Of a stretch of DNA of 56,754 nucleotides, positions 48,122-56,754 are shown in pieces. The notes beneath the pieces were generated by a model. It was not told where the DNA came from. It saw only the letters and a program-made list of their open reading frames with translations, and did not search any database. Within the stretch, counting starts at the first letter, position 1. Each line of letters opens with the position of its first letter. Source of the stretch: Mobula hypostoma (taxonomy: Eukaryota). The DNA is taken from positions 26,164,001 through 26,220,754 of the forward strand of contig NC_086109.1 of the NCBI RefSeq assembly GCF_963921235.1, given 5' to 3'. The position numbers and the translations under genes were made by a program.

Positions 48122-49013
48122 GCTCTCTGGGTGAAGAAATTTTCTCACCTCAGTCCAAAAATGCGCACCTCTTACAAAGGTTCTGTGTTCCGGGTTTCTG
48201 GACGTCTCAGCCACAGGAAACTTTTAAGAATTGTACAAACCTTAATTTCCTTCTCGTTCTTCTGAAATCTGGAAAGAGCAACTTGGTTTACCCAAACCCA
48301 TAAAGTCCGGAACCAGACATAGTGAATATTCATTGCCTTTCCCTAAGGTAAGATTTGTTTTTGTCAAACTGCACATAATCTTTCAGACACGGCCGCAACT
48401 AAATACATTCTATAATTTACATTGCAGCATTTGCAAACTTCGATTGTAAAGTATTTGCCCCTGGAGACATGAGTGCGTGCAATGCAACCCTATTGCACTA
48501 CTTGTTTTGTTTTCAAGGATTTTATGCAGCTCAGGAACTAAACAATTTTAAAAACATCGTTTGCAAACAGATCCAAATATCGGACGCAGTGGAACGATGT
48601 TGGATGCATTTCCTTAGAAGTATGAATTCTGCGGTTTAGTATAAAAGTCGGAACTCTTCAAGGATCCTGGAAACAAATAGATGCAACGTTTCTGTTCAAA
48701 AACCAAAAACAAAGCCTGCAAATGTCCCAGAATATCTATTCTGGACTCTTTTTAGTGGTTTAAAGCGTTAAAATAAATACTTTATGTTTGACATTTTTAT
48801 TTACTGTCTTGGTTTAACGTTTCTATTAATCCTCGCGTACTTACCTCACTCGCAGAGTCACTGAGCAAAGATGGATACTTCTAAAATGACTAAAGGCTAA
48901 TTCATTTTAATATAGTTCGCAGTTCCGTTAAAAACAAGCGCATTACTTTTAAATAAAATGCTCAGTAATTTTACCAAGTGCAAGACATCCACGTTTCAGA
49001 GTTATTGGAATAC

Positions 49014-49094
49014 CTGACTTTCCTTTTGCCGGCCTCTAAAATCATCGTCGTTTTCATATTTTGGGAAAGGGAATGGTTCCCTTGTATCTGGCAT
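49014..49094 (-). CDS. CFAP276: CFAP276 exon 1 (MPDTREPFPFPKYENDDDFRGRQKESQ)
   Basis: gaaATG start, CAG|gtattc donor, 81 nt; resembles human 'MPPTRDPFQQPTLDNDDSY'. Confidence 0.9.
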
Positions 49095-49260
49095 TTCCTG
49101 GCGCGGTCGCCGCCGCTGCGGAGTTCCGAAATGAAATCTCCCCGGTGCTCGAACATTTGTTTACAGCGTTACAATCCGTTGCTGGGTTACGACGTTTCGG
49201 AAACTATAGATTTCCACGGTACTACTCTCTCTACCACCTTCCAGTGATCGCGGCTAGGAT
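49095..49260 (-). promoter_or_regulatory. CFAP276 CpG-rich promoter/5' UTR with RFX X-box and forkhead site
   Basis: GTAACC-C-AGCAAC (49190-49178) fits GTNRCC-N(0-3)-RGYAAC; GTAAACA (49164-49158); MYB-like CAACGG overlaps the X-box. Confidence 0.75.
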
Positions 49261-49915
49261 TATCTGTCCCATTTAATGTCCCAAAGGAAACTATAAGAGT
49301 AGAAAATAATTACTGTAAAACCAAATTAACCAATTCATTACAAGTGACCTCATGCAGTACTGAGAGAATGCTGCAGTTACTTTCTTTCAAATTTACCGTC
49401 CTTTCAGGCGAATTTCCAATGATAAAGTCATTCCGTGTCCGTGACACTACATGAACCATGTAATAGTGGCTGTGGTTTTACAATCCGCTTCAATGGAACC
49501 GAATTTTCGTAGCAGTATAGAAAGTGTTGCTCTTTCTGAGTCCGTGATTGGACGAATACAGGTTTGGAATGAATTTTTAGGAATAAAGAGTCACATGCAA
49601 TTTGAATGGGATCAAGTTTTCTTTCCCAGTGTATTGGGTGCAATGGATCCCTTGAGGAATTTAGCTGAAGCTGTTTATATTGTGATTTATCTCATTGCTT
49701 TTTATAGAATCTTGTGTGTAAACTGTCTGTCAAGATTATGGATATTGCAAAGTTGACCAGAATTCAAAATCATTAAGTCCATTCATTTTAGAGATGAAAA
49801 ACTGCAGATGCTGAAAACCTGGAACAAAAACCAAAACATTTAGTGGTCAGCTAATATCTTTGCAAAAGAGAACCAGTGTTAGCATTTCAGCTTGAGGACC
49901 TTTCGTGGAACAGTG

Positions 49916-49960
49916 TGTTACGATATCCTGGGTTATTCATTGTGGACTGTGCCTTTAAAA

Positions 49961-50004
<44 letters not shown>

Positions 50005-50722
50005 CATGCATTTGTACAACACAAACAACTTGTTACAGAAAGAGAGAGGGCCAAGGACTGCTCACAGTTTGGGATTTCTGCAAGGACACTGCCAGCTTCT
50101 GAGTTCCTACAGAGAGAGAGAGAGGAGGAGCTACATGATGGACAGCTGGTGTTCAGTACAACAGTATATAAACCAGCGTAATTGCTTGTTTCACAGGACA
50201 CACAGATGCACTAAGATGTGGTGAAGTTACCACTATCCTGTTCAGGTGCCCACGAGTGTGGGATTGAGGATCGATTGTGAACGATCGATCTGTGATTATT
50301 CGTGCGTGAAAGAGCGACCCTGTGGAGTCTACCAGTGTGTCTAACCTTTGCCTGGGTTGGTAGACTATCACTTGAAGACAGTGCTCTTAAGTTGGTCAAG
50401 TCTGGCTAACCTGGAAGTTTCGGAGGACAACGGGAAGAATCGACGGTATCGGCTTACTTGAACAAGAACAACACCTCTCTCTCTCCATCACTACGCAACT
50501 GAACTGATTTCATTTACCAATCATCGTAAGACTGTATCCATTTACCCCCTAGGCTTGAAGAAGCTTGGTTTTTATATTTCCACATTTACATATATAATCA
50601 TTGCTAACCTGTTTGCTATATCTGAATTTATATTACTGTATTGCGTAGTTACTAATAAAACAGTGTTAGTTAACAGCAATACCAGACTCCAAGGTGTTTT
50701 CCATTTCTGCTGGTTCTTTAAC
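49916..50722. mobile_element. Second LTR of the 21621-24897 family, right end truncated
   Basis: Starts TGTTAC; shares 'tgtggactgtgcctttaaaa'+(GA)n, 'gaccctgtggag', 'agttactaataaa' and 'accagactcca'. Confidence 0.75.
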
Positions 50723-50944
50723 TCTGTTTCTCTTTCCATGGGCACTGCCTGACCTGCAGAGTGTTTCCAGCATTTTCTGTTTTTGTACATGAAATGTGGG
50801 CCCTTCGGTATTCCGTTGTGCTTGCAGAGTAAAAATAAGTGAAAGATTCAAAAAATAAAGTATGACGGTACTGGAAATCTGAACTAAAATTTTCAAAATG
50901 CTCTAAATTTTCAGTAAGTCAGGCAGCATCTATGCAGAGTTAAT

Positions 50945-51145
50945 AGGTGGCAGCGGAGGCCAAGTCTTTACGTATTTGTAAGGCAGAGGCGGATAGATTT
51001 TTGATTGGTCAGGGCACGAAGGAACACAAGGAGAAGGCAGGAGATTGGGGCTGAGAGGGATAATGGATCAGCCATGATGAAATCGCGGAGCAGACTCGAT
51101 GGGCCAAATGGCCTAATTCTGCTTCTATATCTTACGGTTTTATAT
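50945..51145 (+). mobile_element. CR1 3' end fragment
   Basis: Similar to 28185-28365. Confidence 0.75.
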
Positions 51146-51189
51146 TTCAGGTCAGTGATGTATGGCTCTATGTCTAGCTCGATCATCTT

Positions 51190-51880
51190 TCATTCCCAAC
51201 AATCTGGTGACACCTTGTGCACAGCCGTTGCCCAGGCCCAACATTGCCCAACAAAGCAAGCTATTTTTCTTTTTATCAAGGCGGGGAAGAAGGCTCAGAC
51301 ACAATCCAAGGAGTATGCCAGCCTCCTAGGAACATCAAAGGACTGGCGATTAAGAGGCGACCTAAGGAAACAGCTCAGACTCCCTGAGCACATCTCCTCG
51401 ACAATGCTTAGGCCAAACATAATGCTGCCGTCAGAGTCACCTAGACAGGTGGTCATGTTGGAGCTGACCGTTCCCTGGGAAGACCGGATGGAGGAGGCCC
51501 ACGAAAGGAAAAAGACAAAGTATCAAAACATGGTTGAGGAGTGCTGCAGCAGGAGATGCTGGGTACACTGTATGCCCATGGAGGTGGGCTGCAGAGGGTT
51601 TGCTGTTTGAGCCCTCAACTGGATGGGCATCTCAAGATCCCAGAAGAGGAAAGCCATCAGGAGCACAATGGAGGCAACAGAGCAAGCCTTGAGATGGCTG
51701 TGGATCAGGAGGAGTGATCCGTGACAGAATGCTACTCAGACACAAATTGGGGCCTGATCAACCCCGGCTGGGTCACCCAGGTGAGGGCATCTGATGCTGA
51801 CAGACCCGAAAGCACCCTGTGATCCCAGGTTACATCATGGATGATGTGCCTGAGTTCATCGCAAGATGTATCATTCTATC
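51190..51880 (+). mobile_element. HERO/R2-like non-LTR retrotransposon 3' fragment (restriction-like endonuclease)
   Basis: 'LRPNIML.SE..RQVVMLELTVPWEDRMEEAHERKKTKY...PMEVGCRGF' fits the RLE PD-(D/E)xK region, with catalytic D replaced by N. Confidence 0.8.
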
Positions 51881-53719
51881 AGTGAGAGACCAGTGTGCAG
51901 CCATCTCAGCAAGGTTCAAATATCTCCATCAGTCTGGGCATTTTACAACCCGAATAGACGTGGCTGCAGTAAACATGGAAAACAGATGGATTGATCTTGA
52001 TGTGTGAATGAGGCGTGTCAGATATACTTTATGTCTAGCCCCTCATCATTGCATGTTTGTACAAATAACAGTGCTTTCAATATAAAAATTTAAGTGAGTG
52101 TAAGTGTGCTCTTCTACACTGTCTAAATATTTTAATTATTAAAGATGTTTTAATTAATTGAATTCATTTCAAATTTCCAGCACAAGATTAAATTATTTAA
52201 ATCTATTTGAATGTTTTTTTTAATATATCTATATCAATGATGTTTAAAAGCAGTTCAAAAATCTTTGGCAATCGTAAGCGTGTTCTGGAGTCAGTACCTG
52301 AGACTTGGTTGTTGCTCATCACTTGTCTATCCCAGCTTATGGGACCCTCCTTGAGTGTGGAGGGTCAGGCTGAATATCTACTGCAATTGAGCACCATGGA
52401 TGGGAAATCTGGCAAAATGCCTGGGGCAGCATTATCCATTTTCATCTATAAACAGAAGCTGACGGTTTGAGAACATTTCAAGGTCTGTGGTGAGACCCAA
52501 AGGTTATGTGTGATCAGATTGCTTTGATTCTGAAGCTGATGTATCTTTGAACACAATATCTAATTCTTTTGTCATGAAATTTCTGTTCTTCTCTCCTGAA
52601 CGTGCTATTTGCATTCATGTAAGCTAAAAGAAATCTGGAGTCCCCAGCTGCCTAAATTTAGGAATCCTTTTTCACACAATAAAGTATCTGATTAAGGGGT
52701 TCAGTGCGAATTTTGCAAAGGGCCTTTTAATCAGATAATTATTACATGTTCCATCAATTTATAGTTTCAGAAAATACATTTTAAGTACTTCTGTCTTAGT
52801 TTCAGTTTTAATAGAAAAGTAGTTCTTCATGGATTAACACTGACTGTGGTGTGTGCCAATACAATACTGCTAAAAAAAAGCCACTGTCTTATGACTGTTA
52901 TGTAAGTTGTATGTGTAAATATCTTAGTGAACATTGAAAATGGAACATCCTGTTGTTATGTCTGCATGACAGACATCATAATATCCATAAATAAAACTCA
53001 GTAGATGGGACAACATTTTATAAAATAGAATTGCAAATGATTCACCTGCTTAATTGATGTGCAATATGCATATTCATTAGTCAAAAGGGGCTCACATATT
53101 GAAGGTAGATAAAATGCTTTGAATTCCAATTTGATTAATTAAATAAAAGGAACCCAGTGGTTAAGAGGAACTAACTGCGGTTACATAAGGTTCACAAAAC
53201 AGGAACAGGCTATTCAATCCAACTGGTCTGTGCTGGTTTTTTATGTTCCTGACAAGCAGTTCTTCCACTTTAATCATCAAACTTAATTTGAATGTATTAC
53301 TTTCTTACTCATGTGCCTTTCCCTACGGCCTTCATACTATCAGTGACGGGCACACCAGTTTGTAGTCGACTTTTACTCCAGACATAGGGCCTTCTTCTGT
53401 CTGCTTTAATTGATTTATTAGTAGCTATCTCATAAATGGCTACTGGTTCAGGAGTACAATGTACAAGACATTTTAAAAGTCTGGCTCTTGAACAGTTCAC
53501 ATCAATGAACTGCAGTTTATTGTGTTGTCAGAGAAGATTGCATTAAGAAGTATTTTGTGGGTACGGCTTACATTTTGCATAATTCTATAATTCACATGAC
53601 TGCAAAATGAGTTGGCAAATTGGATGCTAATGGAATTAAAAACTGACTTGGTAATAGGAGAGAGGAGACCTTGGTGGTGGATTGGTTATATAATTGGAAT
53701 AGTAGTGTATACAATAGGG

Positions 53720-54490
53720 CAGTGGTCCCCAACCACAGGGCCGCGGACCAGTACTGGGCTGCAAAGCATGTGCTACGGGGCCCCGAGGAAATGATATGAG
53801 TCAGCTGCACCTTTCCTCATTCCCTGTCATGCACTGTTGAACTTGAACATAGGGTTGCCAACTGTCCCGTATTTGCCGGGATATCCTGTATATTGGGCTA
53901 AATTGGTTTGTCCTGTATTTCCCCTGCTAAGTTAGAGCATTCCTATGAAACCTCTCGTGCCGAAATGGCGTGAAGCGAAGAAACAATTACCATTAATTTA
54001 GATGGGAAAAATTTTTGAGCGTTCCCAGACCCAAAAAATAACCTAACAAATCATACCAAATACAGGTAACACATAAAACTGAAAATAAATAATACTAACA
54101 TAAAGTAAAAGCAGGAGTGATATGATAAATACACAGCATATATAAAGTAGAAATAATGTATGTACAGCATAGTCGGGAAGATGAAAGTAAAACCGATTAG
54201 TGGGGGGAAAAATCGGCACGTACGCGCATGCGCACATCACATGCACACGTCACGCATATGCACACAGGTGCCTGCGCAAGGCTTCATGGTCATGGTAGTC
54301 TTTCCTGGGGTAAAGTGTCCCGGGATTTGACTGCTACTTTTGTCCCTTATTTGGGAGTAAGAAAGTAAAAGACATGTTGAGGTGAGTTTAATCCTACTTG
54401 AACACCCCGCCCTCCCCCCGATCAGCCGGTCTGCAAGAATATTGTCAATATTAAATCGGACTGTGGTGCAAAAAGGGTTGGGGACCCCTG
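53720..54490. mobile_element. hAT MITE containing a second hAT-like element (53850 to ~54366)
   Basis: TIRs CAGTGGTCCCCAACC / GGTTGGGGACCCCTG; perfect 8-bp TSD caataggg (53712-53719, 54491-54498); inner element begins TAGGGTTGCCA. Confidence 0.88.
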
Positions 54491-54519
54491 CAATAGGGAT
54501 AAATAACTACAGGAGATAC

Positions 54520-55200
54520 GATTAATGCAGAAGGTATGATTAAAAGCTTTGCTGATGACATAAACATTATTGGAGTTGTGGATAGTGAAGAGGATAGTTT
54601 TAGACTATATCAACTGATAGATTGTAATGATAGTGTAATGATAGATAGAATTTAATCCTGATAAGTGCAAAGTGATGTGGTTTGAGAAATCAAACTAGGA
54701 TAGACATATACTGTGAATGATGGGGCCCTTTGAAGTGTTGACGAACAAAGGCACTTTAGTATATAAATCCAAAGATCCCAGAAGGTGGCAGCACACATAA
54801 ATAGGTTTGTAAAGCAGGCATATAGAATGAATATAAGAGCTGGGTTGTTATGGCACAGCTTTATAAATCTTTTTGAGGCCAATTCTGGAATATCTTGGGA
54901 CATCTTAGTTGCTGCAGTAGAGAACAGACATGATTGTGCTGGAGACAATGCAAAGGAAATTCACCATGATTTTGCCTGGGATAAAGTATTTCATTTGTCA
55001 GAAAAGACTGGATAGGCTTGAATTATTATCCTTGCAACAGAGAAGGCTGATGGAGTCCTGATAGAATTGTAAACAATTGCATGGACAATAGTAAACTCTT
55101 TCTCTTGACAGAAGTTTAAGGAGTAAGAGGTTTAGGGAGATAAGAGGAAGAATCCCTTAGCTCAGATCTTGGTTGAAGTGCACTCAGAATGCAGAGACTT
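54520..55200 (+). mobile_element. Old CR1 RT fragment
   Basis: 'SFADDINIIGVVDSEE', 'EFNPDKCKVM'; 3' end continues near 56430-56530. Confidence 0.65.
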
Positions 55201-55208
55201 GCACAATA

Positions 55209-56007
55209 CAGTGGATTCTGGTTAATTGGGACACATCAGGACCAGCAGATTTCGGCCTAATCAAGCGGCTGCCCCAATTAACCAAAATGTCATGGAAATA
55301 GTTAAAAGGAATAAAAAGATAAAGTACTTTTTAACTGAATAACTATTTATATATTTAAATGAAATTCAGAACAAGGTAGAACACTACTACTACCTCTACA
55401 GTACCATAAAACTGTATTAGTTCCTAATAGTTAGTGATGGAGGTATTCATCTGCTGTGCTCTTTTGATTGACTGTAATTGAATAAAATCAGGAGACACCT
55501 AGTGCAGAAAATGGACTGCCTTCATACAATGTTTTAGACGACTGGATCCTCCAAATACTCATTTCCGTTGTAACATTTAAGATGGTTGTCGATACTTTTG
55601 TAATTCCTAACTTGTTGAAGTAGTGAAATCATTTCACTTTCATTCCCGGCCATTTCTGAGCCTGAAAGTTTGAAACTACACTGAGCAAAACAGATCTGAA
55701 TTGTCTTACTGCTTATTTCTCGCCAATGATCAGTGACAAAAATCACTGCTTTTTGAACACAAACACACGCTATTTAAAAACTGATTGCTCTAAGCATGGA
55801 GTAGTGTCCCATGGCTACGCAAGTGCACACGACTGACGCTAGTTAGAAATTTTTGGGTAAAGTCTCCTACCCCAGTTCAGTGGCATCGTGTCACAAATTA
55901 GTGAAGGGAATCCCGGCTATTTTCTCAGTTTAGTTTTCGTTCTTTACGAGTTGTGAAATGAATGGCTGCCCCAATTAACCGATGGCCCAATGAACTAGAA
56001 TCCCCTG
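55209..56007 (-). mobile_element. Tigger/pogo-type non-autonomous DNA transposon
   Basis: TA|CAGTGGATTCTGGTTAATTGGG ... CCCAATGAACTAGAATCCCCTG imperfect TIRs; 'WREISSKTIQICF' transposase C-terminal remnant. Confidence 0.75.
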
Positions 56008-56039
56008 CATTTTAGTAAGTATCTAGGCACTTGTGATAT

Positions 56040-56430
56040 TTACTGGGAGCGCTGAAGACGAAGGGCCCGAAACATTGTTGAGGATCCCTACCATCCATCC
56101 CACAATTTCTTTGACCCACTACTATCAGGAAGGAGGTGCAGGAGCATGAGGACCAGGAAGCTAGACTCAGTAACAGCTTCTGCCCTTAGGCTGTAAGGCG
56201 AATGAAAACCCTACCACTCATCACTAGGAGTTTACTGTTTACTGTTCACCTGTGCTGCGCACTACATGCATTTTTGAATTATATTTTATTAACTATTTAT
56301 GGTAATATTGTGTTTTATAAGCAGTATGTGATTTTTTTTTTGTGGGTGGGCTGTGTTCTGGAGGAACGTTGTTTCATTAGGTTGAATGTATGTACAGTTG
56401 GAGGACAATGAACCTGAACTTGGAACGTGA
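56040..56430 (+). mobile_element. Rex-like LINE 3' fragment
   Basis: 'IVEDPYHPSH..FDPLLSGRR.RSMRTR..RLSNSF.P'; (gaact)n-like tail. Confidence 0.7.
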
Positions 56431-56754
56431 ACAAATACTTGAATCACTGATAAGTGGGATTAGAATAGATGGGTACTTGTTGGTCAGCATGGGCATGGAT
56501 GCTGAAGGGCCTTCTATCTATGCTCTATAATTAGGACTCTCAAACTACCAGCATTACTGCCATGCAAATTGATACTAAAACGAGAATTTCTGTGCATATG
56601 TTGTTTAACACAAAGGGTTCAGGCCTCCTCTGTAGGCTGTAGTGTTTGCGGCATTCTCCATGGCAAAAAAAAATTAAATTACCTTACTTGAAATTAAGCT
56701 GCTTGTAGACAAAAATTGTACATCCCCCAATTGCAGGACTCTGCAAAGAATGGT

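Noticed and set aside
49200-49800. Divergent ELAPOR1 first exon as in human
   Set aside because: No signal-peptide exon or recognisable similarity on the plus strand.
51785-51820. Hammerhead-like 'ctgatg...cgaaa' in the HERO-like 3' UTR
   Set aside because: Lacks a complete CUGANGA and has no stem I; treated as a plain hairpin.
53309-53400. 'LQTGVPVTDSMKAVGKG' resembling ATP synthase alpha
   Set aside because: Short, low identity, ends in a stop with no flanking similarity; probably chance.
56052-56075. CTGAAGA...GAAAC hammerhead-like string
   Set aside because: No stem I or convincing stem II; lies in the coding remnant of a Rex-like LINE.
1-56754. CRISPR arrays, rRNA or prokaryotic systems
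   Set aside because: No regularly spaced repeat-spacer structure or operon-like ORFs; the sequence is intron-rich eukaryotic DNA.

Overview
Repeat-rich vertebrate genomic DNA, most likely from a cartilaginous fish such as a ray. This is inferred from the CR1, Rex-Babar, Penelope and V-SINE repeat content and is not proven. Two host genes lie on the minus strand, and the ORF track misses almost all of both. (1) A complete five-exon CFAP276 (C1orf194) gene, a motile-cilia microtubule inner protein: CDS 49094-49014, 37550-37434, 34678-34566, 33516-33314 and 31179-31109, 194 aa, all GT-AG with consistent phases. Its promoter has RFX X-box and forkhead motifs. (2) The CpG-island promoter and first two coding exons of an SR-protein kinase, probably SRPK1 (MSSRK/VLALQARKKRSRIKKEKIPK). 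The rest of that gene runs off the left edge. Nearly all listed ORFs are fragments of transposable elements. The most notable structure is a four-level nest at 19567-28365: old CR1 > near-full-length CR1 > solo LTR > Penelope-like element. The Penelope element forms an interrupted palindrome with ~1-kb arms, a 17-bp target-site duplication (TSD), a double template-switch junction, and a minimal hammerhead ribozyme motif in each arm. Degenerate copies of the same hammerhead-bearing terminus are scattered across the window, and one lies on the sense strand of CFAP276 intron 1. Other elements: a full-length decayed hAT transposon, hAT and Tigger MITEs, a Tc1-like end, a HERO/R2-like endonuclease fragment, and several tRNA-derived SINEs. 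No wholly new system can be demonstrated from sequence alone. The best leads are the hammerhead-bearing Penelope derivatives and a candidate 36-nt in-frame cassette exon in CFAP276. Repeat boundaries are approximate unless TSDs are given.
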